DNA of 41,503 bases from a virus, in the IMG/VR virus record IMGVR_UViG_3300005441_000004, positions 1-41,503 of that record. One strand, 5' to 3'. How positions within the stretch are numbered: position 1 is the first letter of the stretch; the number at the start of each line of letters is the position of its first letter. The translations under genes were made by a program, and so were the position numbers. Below are positions 31,817-40,418 of this stretch, piece after piece. Below the pieces are notes generated by a model. That model was not told the origin of the DNA and searched no databases. It saw only the letters and a list, made by a program, of their open reading frames with translations.

Positions 31817-32200
31817 ATGACCCTCGGATACGCCCCCGCCCGGGCCCGCAAGCACCTCGACGACATGATCACTGACGCGCCGTTCATGCAGTGGCACGTC
31901 GGCGACCCGGGCGCGGCCGGCACCGCGAACCCCGCGACGAACACCACCCGCGTCGACACCACCGGCAAGTGGGCGGCCGCGAGCACCGCGGGCGCCACCA
32001 CGACCAAGAGCACCAACGCCGCGATCACGGTGACCAACGTCCCCGCCTCCGAGGACTACACCCACGTCAGCTTCTGGACCCTGGCCAGCGGCGGCGCCTA
32101 CACCGGCTCGGCCCTGGTCACCGCCAACGCCCTCACCGCCGGCGACAACGTCACCATTGCCTCCGGCGGCATCGCCCTCACCGCGGCGAACGCGAGCTGA
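31817..32200 (+). CDS. Thr/Ala-rich hypothetical structural protein (127 aa)
   Basis: Track ORF in the neck-gene run. Confidence 0.5.
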   Translation: MTLGYAPARARKHLDDMITDAPFMQWHVGDPGAAGTANPATNTTRVDTTGKWAAASTAGATTTKSTNAAITVTNVPASEDYTHVSFWTLASGGAYTGSALVTANALTAGDNVTIASGGIALTAANAS

Positions 32201-32202
32201 CC

Positions 32203-33522
32203 ATGACGGCCTTCACCGACGATTTCAACCGCGCCGACTCCAGCAACATCGGAGCCGGCTGGGTTGAGGTGTCCGGTGACTGGTCGATCGTGTCCAACCA
32301 GCTATCCCCCGGCGCCGCCGGCGGCACGATCATCCTCCGCGCCGCCACCGCCGCGGCCACCGACGACAACTACTCCCAGGTAGCCATCACCAGCGCCACC
32401 GTGGCCAGCCAGGGCGTGTGGTGCCGCGGCGACGCGACGATCGCCAACGGCTACCTCTGGCGCAACAACGGCACCCAGTGGGACCTCTTCGCGGTGGTCG
32501 GCGGGTCGTTCACCGTGATCGCCACGTTCGCCGCAGCCGCCGTCAACGGCGACGTGATGAAGGTGCAGGCCGTTGGCAACACGATCAAGGCGTTCGTCAA
32601 CGGCACCCAACGCGCCAGCGTCACCGACACCAGCGTCACCACCGGCAAGAACTTCGGGATCCGGTCCGAATCTGTCAGCGGCGTCCGCTACGACAACTTC
32701 GCCGGCGGCGACGTCGCGACCGGCTCGGACGTGCCTGCCACTATCGCCCAGGCCTACGGAGGGCTCGGCGGTGGCGTCACCGCGACCCGCGAGGTCTCCG
32801 CCGCCGTCACGCAGTCCTACGGCGCTCTCGGCGGCGGCGTGACCGGGGCGCGCGAGGTCGTGCTGACCGCCAGCCAGAGCTTCGGGGCGCTCGGCGGCGG
32901 GGTCACGGCCGTCCCGGAGATCCCGGCCACGATCGGGCAGGCCTTCGGCGCGCTCGGGGGCAGCGCCGTGGCGGCGCGCGAGACTTTCGCCCTCGTCGAC
33001 TTCGCCGGCGGCGCGCTGTCCGGGCACGTCACGATCCAGCCGGACGGCGGCGTCCTCGCTCTGCCCAACGCCACCGTCGTCGCGAAGGCGTGGCTGGCCA
33101 CCATCGACGGCATCACCGCCAACCGCGTCGCCAACGAACTGCCGCGGCGGGCGGACTGGAACGGCGCCGTCGACGGCTTCGTGACCGTGCTGCCGCTCAT
33201 CGCCAACGCCGAGCTTCACGTGCCGATTCAGCACCCGATCATCCAGTTCGACTGCTGGGGCGCCTTCGGCGGAAGCACCAAGAAACCGAACCACGGCGTG
33301 GCCAACGACCTCGCCGAGCGGATCCGCCAGGCCGCCGAAGCCACTACCTGGCTCGGCGTCCCGGAGATTGAGCTCCCGCCCGACGTGATGCCGGTGTGGC
33401 TCTCCTCGGTGTTCGTCGTGCGCGGCGTGACCCGGGTCCCTGACGACCACTACGCGCACTACTCCCTCGACGTCCACATCGGGTGGATCGAACGCGACGC
33501 GCTGGCCGGCGCAGTCGGATAA
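32203..33522 (+). CDS. Fusion protein (439 aa): LamG/concanavalin-like jelly-roll domain, four 20-aa repeats, and a tail-terminator-like C-terminal domain
   Basis: N-terminal FTDDFNRADSSNIGAGWVEVSGDWSIVSNQL ... RYDNFAGG. The last roughly 170 aa occupy the slot just before the major tail gene. ATG 32203. Confidence 0.6.
   Translation: MTAFTDDFNRADSSNIGAGWVEVSGDWSIVSNQLSPGAAGGTIILRAATAAATDDNYSQVAITSATVASQGVWCRGDATIANGYLWRNNGTQWDLFAVVGGSFTVIATFAAAAVNGDVMKVQAVGNTIKAFVNGTQRASVTDTSVTTGKNFGIRSESVSGVRYDNFAGGDVATGSDVPATIAQAYGGLGGGVTATREVSAAVTQSYGALGGGVTGAREVVLTASQSFGALGGGVTAVPEIPATIGQAFGALGGSAVAARETFALVDFAGGALSGHVTIQPDGGVLALPNATVVAKAWLATIDGITANRVANELPRRADWNGAVDGFVTVLPLIANAELHVPIQHPIIQFDCWGAFGGSTKKPNHGVANDLAERIRQAAEATTWLGVPEIELPPDVMPVWLSSVFVVRGVTRVPDDHYAHYSLDVHIGWIERDALAGAVG
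32734..32985 (+). repeat. Four tandem 60-nt (20-aa) in-frame repeats
   Basis: Repeat units are ATIAQAYGGLGGGVTATREVS / AAVTQSYGALGGGVTGAREVV / LTASQSFGALGGGVTAVPEIP / ATIGQAFGALGGSAVAARETF. Confidence 0.8.
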
Positions 33523-33537
33523 CGGAAGGAACACGAG

Positions 33538-34137
33538 ATGGCACAGGGAATTGTCGCCGGCGAGCTGATGGTGGGCCCCGGCAAGCTGCGGGTGATCGAC
33601 CCGGGCGGCCTCGGGCAGGGGCTCGCCGACAACACCGCCGAGCTGGCCGTGATCGCCGCGGCCACCCCGGATTGGACCGCCTGGACGTACATGGGCCTGA
33701 CGGACGGCGGGCTGCAGGTGGCGATCGAGAAGAGCTACGCCAACCACACGGTGGACCAGGCGCCGGACTGGGTGGCCAGCACCATCACCGAGCGCCACCC
33801 GACGGTGGGTACCAACCTGGTGGCGGCCACCCTCAACAACCTCTCCCGCGCCAACAACGGCGGCGTCATCACCACCGGCGTCGGCACCGGCGCGGCGTGG
33901 GACCGGTGGGAGCCCACCATCGACACCCTCGAGACCCCCGAGAAGTACCTCGGGATGGCCGTCGAGGGCCGCCGCCTCGACGGCAAGCGCATGATCATCG
34001 TTCTGCGCAAGGTGCTCTCGGTGGACAACATGAGCGCACCGTTCACCAAGGACGGCAAGACGATGTTCTCGGTCAACTGGGCCGGCCACTTCGTCTCCGA
34101 CACCACCGCGTCGGTCGCCGTCTACACCCAGCGCTGA
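33538..34137 (+). CDS. Major tail protein (199 aa)
   Basis: Lies just upstream of the chaperone pair and the tape measure. RBS GGAAGGAA. Confidence 0.7.
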   Translation: MAQGIVAGELMVGPGKLRVIDPGGLGQGLADNTAELAVIAAATPDWTAWTYMGLTDGGLQVAIEKSYANHTVDQAPDWVASTITERHPTVGTNLVAATLNNLSRANNGGVITTGVGTGAAWDRWEPTIDTLETPEKYLGMAVEGRRLDGKRMIIVLRKVLSVDNMSAPFTKDGKTMFSVNWAGHFVSDTTASVAVYTQR

Positions 34138-34173
34138 CCTACCCGCCAGTAACCAACCCGCACGGAGGCCACC

Positions 34174-34599
34174 ATGCTCGAGTTCACCACCAAACCGGAT
34201 CCCACGGCGAAGCAGCCTGAACGCGATGAGCTGTTCTCGATCGACGGCAAGGCGTACACCATCCCGCGGGAGATGCGCCCGCTGGACATGGCGAACTACA
34301 CCTACCTCGTCGACACCCTCGGCGGAGACTCCGCCGGGCTCTGGGCGCTGCAACGTGCGCTCGGGACCGAGGCGTTCTCCGCGTTCATGGACCTCCCCCC
34401 GGCGGCGGTCAGCCGGGAGGACTTCACCAGGATCATGACGGTGGTGACCGGGCGGTTCGTCGGGCTGGCCACGGAGGTGCCGAGCCCGGACCCAAAACCC
34501 GGGCCGGCCGCCGCCCCGGAAATGGCGGAGGACGACGCCACCGAGCCCCCCGACGAGGTTGTCTGGGGGGCGTCCAGCCCGGCGGGGACGGTTTCGTAG
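34174..34599 (+). CDS. Tail assembly chaperone, G-like (141 aa)
   Basis: Canonical position. RBS ACGGAGG. Confidence 0.65.
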   Translation: MLEFTTKPDPTAKQPERDELFSIDGKAYTIPREMRPLDMANYTYLVDTLGGDSAGLWALQRALGTEAFSAFMDLPPAAVSREDFTRIMTVVTGRFVGLATEVPSPDPKPGPAAAPEMAEDDATEPPDEVVWGASSPAGTVS

Positions 34600-34979
34600 G
34601 GGGCCCCTACACGATGAAGGCGAGGGTGCTGGCGTGGATCTCCGGGAACTGGGAGGACATCGCGAGCGATCTCGCCGTGTTCCACCGGGTCGACGACCCC
34701 GACACGCTGAGCATCCCCGTCTTCCTGTCGAAAGTGGTCCGGCTCAGCGCATACGGCGGAGCACTGGCCACGCGCTTCGCCGCCACCCAGACCGCGGGGA
34801 CGGCCTCCCCCGCGAACGTCCCCGCCGCCGGGAACGCCCCCCGCGCCGGCGGCGGGGACACCCCGCCCGAGGTCATCGCCGCGATCAAGCGGCAGCAGTT
34901 CGCGGCGCGGTACAAGACAGACCCCAGCGCGATCAGGTGGGATAACGACGAGGTGTACAGGGAGCTGGTGAATCTATGA
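34174..34979 (+). CDS. Tail assembly chaperone GT-like product made by a -1 frameshift near the G6 run at 34565-34570
   Basis: The downstream ORF (track 34614..34979) is in the -1 frame, is open back through 34545, and ends in an ATGA overlap with the tape measure start. Confidence 0.45.
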
Positions 34980-37900
34980 CACGGCCGGGTGGTGGGTTCA
35001 AAGTCGCGGACGCCTACGCCGATTTCCACATCGACGTCGACTCCGAGATCGGCCGCGCCGCCGCCCGGCTCAAGGCCAAGGGGTCCGAGTTCGCGCGCAT
35101 GGGCGAGAACGCCGGCAAGGCCTTCTCCGCCGGGTTCGGCAAGGGCGTCGACCTCGACAAGGGGATGACCCGCAACGTCGAGGCTCTGCGCAAGCGCACC
35201 AATCAGCTCCAGCGGATGGGTAACCAGGCCGGCGAGGGCTACGGCCGCGGCTTCGGCAACGGCGTCAACCTGCGTGGCGCCATGGTCGAGCAGCTCGGCG
35301 TGGTCCGCTCGAGCCGCGCCGCCTTCGCCCGGGAGGGCAAGCAGGCCGGCCAGGCCTACGCCCGCGGCTTCGGGGGGCAGCACCTGTCCGGCCCCAGCAT
35401 CGCGGGAACCGGCGGTGCGGAGGCGTCCGGGGAAGCTTCCGCCCGCGCGATGGCCCGTGGGTTCACCCGGGGCAGCAGGGACATGGACAGCGCCACCCAG
35501 CGGGTCGCGCAGCGCACCGAGGCGCAGTTCTCGGCCTTGAAGTTCCTCGGGCTCTCCCAGGGGCTCCCCGCGGCGGCCGCCGCGGGCGCAGCCGCCGCCG
35601 CGGGCATCGTGGCCGGCGCCGGGGCGCTGTTCATCGGGCTCGGCGTGGCGGGCGCGGCCAGCGCCGAACGGGTCCAGGCGTCCTGGGTCGACACCGGCAA
35701 CATCGTGCAGGCCGGCGTCAAGCAGCTCTCCAGCGTCTACGAATCGCACCTGATCAACGCCTCGGACATGGTGGCTGACTCGTTCGTCCGCTCAACGGGC
35801 CTGATCAAAAAGGGCATGGTCAACGCCGCGGGGGCCGTCGAGTCGCTCACCGCCTCCGGGATCGTGCTGGCGGAGAACGCGCTTCCCGGGATCGTGACCG
35901 CGTCCGGACGTCTGGGCCCGGTTCTGGACGGCATCCACGACCTCGCCGCCGACGCGGGTGCCGGGTTCAGCGAAATGGCCGTCAACGCCTCCCAGGGGAA
36001 CGCCGCCGCCGGCAAGAGCCTGACGACCCTCGGGGACATCCTGCGCACCACCGAGGCGCGCGTAGGCACCCTCGTGGCCAACCTCGCCAACGCTAGCGGC
36101 GGCCCGCTGAACAGCTTCCGGTACACCCTCGACCAGATCACTAGCGCCGCCCTCGACCTCACCTCCAAGGGCTCCGGCGCCCTCGGGTTCTTCCAGGGAT
36201 TCAGCACCAGCGCCAACGGCGCGGTCACCGTCGCCCGCGGCCTGCTCGGCGCGATCAACGCGCTGCCCCCGCAGCTGACCCAGCTCGGCGGTGCTGTCTC
36301 CGCTACCAGCATGATCATGAGCCGCCTCGGCGTCGACGCGGGCGCCGGCTGGGAAGGTCTCGGGGCGAAGATCCGCGGCGCGGGCAACGACCTCAAAGGT
36401 ACCGAGAAGTTCGCCGCCAAGGCCGGCACCGCAGTCGGCGGCCTCGCCGCGGGTGCGCTCAACCCCGCCGCCCTCGCCGTCGGGGCGCTGTCCGTTGGGC
36501 TGCTACTGCTCGGTCAGCGCCAGGAAAAGGCCGCCGAGGCCGCTGCCGAGCACCGGGAAAGCGTGCGGGCGCTCACCGACGCGATCCGCCAGGACAACGG
36601 CGCCCTCGGCGAACACTCCGCTACCGTCATCGCCAACGCGCTCGCCGGAAAGAACGCCTCGGACAACCTGAAAGTCGCGAACATTTCGATGGCGCAAGCT
36701 ACCGTGGCCGCCAACGGAAACAAGGAAGTTATGCGGCAGGTAACCGACGCTTCGAATGGTTTCATTCAAAGCCTCAAGGACCGGGGTATCTATTCACAGC
36801 GCGACATTGACGGTCTTAAGGGTATCAACCAGCAGCTCTTGGAGAGTGGGGGTAGCTACGATTCCGTAGCCACTCAGACGGCGCATTTCACGGAGTCGCT
36901 GGCTTCGCTCAACCCGGAGTTGCAGAAGCAACTTCAAGCGCTGTTCAACGGCACTGGCGCCCTCGGTGAACAGGCGAAGGCCGCCCGTGAGGCCTATAAC
37001 GGGTATCTGCTCCAGGAACAGGGACTCACCGGCCTCACCGAGGCGCAGATCCGGGCACGCGACGCGACGATCGATCACACAAAGGCGATATACGACCAGC
37101 AGAACGCCAACCTCGGGTACCGCGGCGCGGTGCTGTCCACAAAGGACGCACTCGACACCTGGAACAAAGTTGTCAAGGACGGCAAGGCAAACACCGACGA
37201 GGGCGCGAAGGCGCTGCTGGCCCTCGAAAACGCCATGGGTCAGCAGGAACAGGCCGCGTATAACGCCGCGTACGCCAATTCCACGGCGAAGACGGAACAG
37301 GAAAAAGTTAAGGAAGCCACCATCGCGCTCAACCGCGAAACGGTCAACCTTGCGAATAGCTTCTCCGGCCCGTTGCCTGCAAGCCTTTCCCAGACGATCG
37401 GCAGTATGAGCACCACGGAGGCGAAAGCGGCCGGCCTCAAGGTAGGCGTCAACAACCTGGGCCAGGCGGTGTACACGCTACCCAACGGTAAGGAAATTGT
37501 ACTCAGGGCGGACTCTCAGCAGGCTAAGGACGCGATTTACGAAGTGTCCCGGCAAATGGCGGCATTGCACGATAAAACCGTGTACGTCACCATTGCCACC
37601 CGCGGGAAGTCCCCCACCGGAATCAGCCCCACCGGCGCCCCGGTCTACTCCGCGGAAGGCAACCTGCTGCGCCCGCGCGGCGGGGACGGCGCCACGCACC
37701 CGATGCGCTTCTTCGCCGGTGGCGGGCTGGCCGCGCTCAACCCGTTGCCGTCCAACCGCGCTACCTTCGTCGCCCCCAACACCTGGCGCGTTGTCGGGGA
37801 CAACATGCGGTTCCCCGAGCTGTTCGCCCCGCTCAACGGCTCCCAGCGCACCGCCGACCTCATCGCCCAGGCCGCCGAGCACGAGGGCCTGCTGTCCGCG

Positions 37901-38254
37901 GCCACCGAGGCCCTGGCCGCGTCACGTTCGGGGCAGACGTTCTACGAAGACCTGTCGTTCCGCGGCGCTTCGGCGAACTCGCACGCCTACAACGACCAGA
38001 TCGCTGCCGCCTACTACGCGCAGACCGGAACGAAAAGCTTCAGCGGCGGCCCGGACAGCCAGGCCAGCATCGCCAGCTGGCTCCCCGCGTTCATCACCCA
38101 GCAGACGCAGGCGATCACCGCGATCGGCAAACGTCTCGATGAGCTGCCTCGCCAGAGCGTTGCCGCCCCCATCACCATTCAGCCGCCCGCGACGATGGAC
38201 TACGACCTGATCGCCGAAATCGTCGCGCGCAAGATCTTCTTGAGGGGGCGGTGA
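34976..38254 (+). CDS. Tape measure protein (1092 aa)
   Basis: Longest tail ORF. Ala/Gly-rich helical sequence with central TM-like segments. Canonical position. Confidence 0.85.
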   Translation: MTRPGGGFKVADAYADFHIDVDSEIGRAAARLKAKGSEFARMGENAGKAFSAGFGKGVDLDKGMTRNVEALRKRTNQLQRMGNQAGEGYGRGFGNGVNLRGAMVEQLGVVRSSRAAFAREGKQAGQAYARGFGGQHLSGPSIAGTGGAEASGEASARAMARGFTRGSRDMDSATQRVAQRTEAQFSALKFLGLSQGLPAAAAAGAAAAAGIVAGAGALFIGLGVAGAASAERVQASWVDTGNIVQAGVKQLSSVYESHLINASDMVADSFVRSTGLIKKGMVNAAGAVESLTASGIVLAENALPGIVTASGRLGPVLDGIHDLAADAGAGFSEMAVNASQGNAAAGKSLTTLGDILRTTEARVGTLVANLANASGGPLNSFRYTLDQITSAALDLTSKGSGALGFFQGFSTSANGAVTVARGLLGAINALPPQLTQLGGAVSATSMIMSRLGVDAGAGWEGLGAKIRGAGNDLKGTEKFAAKAGTAVGGLAAGALNPAALAVGALSVGLLLLGQRQEKAAEAAAEHRESVRALTDAIRQDNGALGEHSATVIANALAGKNASDNLKVANISMAQATVAANGNKEVMRQVTDASNGFIQSLKDRGIYSQRDIDGLKGINQQLLESGGSYDSVATQTAHFTESLASLNPELQKQLQALFNGTGALGEQAKAAREAYNGYLLQEQGLTGLTEAQIRARDATIDHTKAIYDQQNANLGYRGAVLSTKDALDTWNKVVKDGKANTDEGAKALLALENAMGQQEQAAYNAAYANSTAKTEQEKVKEATIALNRETVNLANSFSGPLPASLSQTIGSMSTTEAKAAGLKVGVNNLGQAVYTLPNGKEIVLRADSQQAKDAIYEVSRQMAALHDKTVYVTIATRGKSPTGISPTGAPVYSAEGNLLRPRGGDGATHPMRFFAGGGLAALNPLPSNRATFVAPNTWRVVGDNMRFPELFAPLNGSQRTADLIAQAAEHEGLLSAATEALAASRSGQTFYEDLSFRGASANSHAYNDQIAAAYYAQTGTKSFSGGPDSQASIASWLPAFITQQTQAITAIGKRLDELPRQSVAAPITIQPPATMDYDLIAEIVARKIFLRGR

Positions 38255-38257
38255 GTC

Positions 38258-39184
38258 GTGACGCTCGTGGCGATTGGCGATACCTGGGAGCTCGACGGGC
38301 TCTCGTTCAACACCGGCCCGGACTCCCGCGGGTACTCCTTTCACGTCAAGACCGCCCGCGGCTGGGACTCCGGCCTGCCACCGCGTCCGCGCCTGTCCGA
38401 CCGGCCCAACGGCAACGGCAGCTATCGCGCCTCCAACTACCGCGGTTCCCGCGTCATCGAGCTCGACGGGCTCGCCCGGGCGGCCAGCCGGCTCGAGCGC
38501 GAAGACCTCATGGCCACGATCGCCGGGGTGTGCCTGGACCCCCAGACGCTCTACACCCTCACCAAGACCACCCGCGCCCGTACGCTGACCCTCTTCGCGG
38601 AGCTCACCAGTGAGCCGGCCATCACGCCCATGCCGGACGGGCTGACGTGCGCGTTCAACATCCAGCTGGTGGCCGCCGACGGGCGCAAGTACTCCACCGA
38701 GGTCAAGAGCGCGCAAGCGATGCTCGCGCAGGCCAGCGTTCAGGGCGTCCAGTGGGACGGCCCCGGCCCCAGCGTGTCCGGTGTGGAGTGGGGCGGGCCG
38801 GGCCCGTCGATCACCGGTGTGGTCTGGCAGGCCAGCTCCGGTACCGGCTCGACGATCGGCTTGGACAACGACGGCACCGCGGCCGCGCCCATCCTCTTCA
38901 CCTTCACCGCGCCGGTCACCGGCACGCTCCCGCAACCTACGGTGTCCCGCCTCGACACCGGCGAGACCATCGCCTACTCCGGCACGCTCGTGCCCGGTGA
39001 CGTCCTCACCGTCAACACCGGCACCGGCCTGGCGCTGCTCAACGGCGTCCCGGTGCGCGGCCTGTTCAGCCGCTTCGAGCTGTTCGAGATCGCCCCCCGC
39101 TCGGCCACTTCTGTCCAGTTCTCGGCGGGTGGCCCTGCGGATACCGCGACGATGCTCGCTCAGTGGTCCGACGCTTACAACTAG
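38258..39184 (+). CDS. Minor tail protein, distal tail (Dit)-like (308 aa)
   Basis: First gene after the tape measure. GTG start. Confidence 0.6.
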   Translation: MTLVAIGDTWELDGLSFNTGPDSRGYSFHVKTARGWDSGLPPRPRLSDRPNGNGSYRASNYRGSRVIELDGLARAASRLEREDLMATIAGVCLDPQTLYTLTKTTRARTLTLFAELTSEPAITPMPDGLTCAFNIQLVAADGRKYSTEVKSAQAMLAQASVQGVQWDGPGPSVSGVEWGGPGPSITGVVWQASSGTGSTIGLDNDGTAAAPILFTFTAPVTGTLPQPTVSRLDTGETIAYSGTLVPGDVLTVNTGTGLALLNGVPVRGLFSRFELFEIAPRSATSVQFSAGGPADTATMLAQWSDAYN

Positions 39185-39200
39185 TAGGGAGTAGTCACTC

Positions 39201-40418
39201 ATGGTAGCAGTCACGTCGGGTGACCTCATCCCGATCAACGACAACAACGGCTCCGGTCAGTACGTCGTCGGCCGCAACTCCGCCCGCGACATCCGTGTCG
39301 GCCTCATCGGCCCGCAGTACCTGCCCGGCTCTGACGGCTTCACCCCGCGCCCGGGCGTGCTCACCCGCGCCGCCGACGGTTCGGACCTCAAGGTCACCGC
39401 GCAGGCCAGCCCGGACCAGACCGTGAGCGTGGCCAAGGGCGTCGCCGTCATCCCCCGCACCGGACAGGGCGCTTACCTGTTCGTCAACGAGGCGGCTCAG
39501 ACCGTGGCCATGCCCGCGGCGTCCGGGGTCAACAGCCGCTATGACCTCGTCTGCGCCAGCGCCTACGACAAGGGCGCCTTCGGTAGCGACGCCGCGCACG
39601 GCCCGGAATTCGTTGTCGTCTCCGGGCTGGTGTCCGGTTCGCCCGCCGTGCCCGCCACTCCTGCCGGGATGCTCAAGTTGTCCGAGGTGTTGCGCGCCAC
39701 CAACGACAACGCCATCTCCACCGGCGAGATCGCCGACAAGCGCAACACCACCGCCAGCGGCAGCGTGCCCTTCCGCATCATTGGTCCCGGCGACCTCAGC
39801 GCTGACCCGGGGTTCGTCACCGGCGAGGGCCGCTTCACCAGCACCCGCGGCCCCGAGTACTGGAACGGCACCCGCTGGTCCCGCGTTGGGCTCGAGATCT
39901 ACGGCTCGATCGCCGCCATCCCCGCCGAGCTCGCGGTGGAGAACAGCCTCGTCTACCACGCCGGGCTCAAGCGCGTCATCCGCTACACCTCCGGCGCGTG
40001 GGACATCCCCTACGACGTCACCCCCGGCGGCGACGTCGAGATCGCCGCCGACCTCGCCATCGGCACCCCCACCCTCGTCACCAACATGACCGTGGTCAAC
40101 AAGGCGCTGGTCGGGCTCACCCACTCCTCGGGCGTCTTCACCGTCCAGCTGGCCGGCTGGTGGAACCTCACGTTCTCGTGCCGGTACTCCTCGGGCACCG
40201 GCAACAAGTACGCCTTCATCGTCGGCTCCGGCACCACCAACGTGTGGGGCAAGGACTCCACTGCTTCCAACGTCAACACCCAGGCCACCTGTTCGAAGTA
40301 CCTCGCGGCCGGCGCGCAGTTCCGCTGCTACGCCTACTCCGACTCCGGCGGCAACGTCACCCACGAGTCCGGCGGCGACGACATCACCGGCATGCAGGCC
40401 GCCTGGATGGGCGCATGA
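39201..40418 (+). CDS. Minor tail protein (405 aa)
   Basis: Track ORF with RBS GGGAG. Lies in the tail gene run. Confidence 0.6.
   Translation: MVAVTSGDLIPINDNNGSGQYVVGRNSARDIRVGLIGPQYLPGSDGFTPRPGVLTRAADGSDLKVTAQASPDQTVSVAKGVAVIPRTGQGAYLFVNEAAQTVAMPAASGVNSRYDLVCASAYDKGAFGSDAAHGPEFVVVSGLVSGSPAVPATPAGMLKLSEVLRATNDNAISTGEIADKRNTTASGSVPFRIIGPGDLSADPGFVTGEGRFTSTRGPEYWNGTRWSRVGLEIYGSIAAIPAELAVENSLVYHAGLKRVIRYTSGAWDIPYDVTPGGDVEIAADLAIGTPTLVTNMTVVNKALVGLTHSSGVFTVQLAGWWNLTFSCRYSSGTGNKYAFIVGSGTTNVWGKDSTASNVNTQATCSKYLAAGAQFRCYAYSDSGGNVTHESGGDDITGMQAAWMGA

Noticed and set aside
39201-40418. The C-terminal about 100 aa of the 405-aa minor tail protein as a C1q/TNF-like receptor-binding jelly roll.
   Set aside because: This was only a vague compositional impression (alternating beta-like segments and two Cys residues). 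I could name no motif, so no functional call was made.
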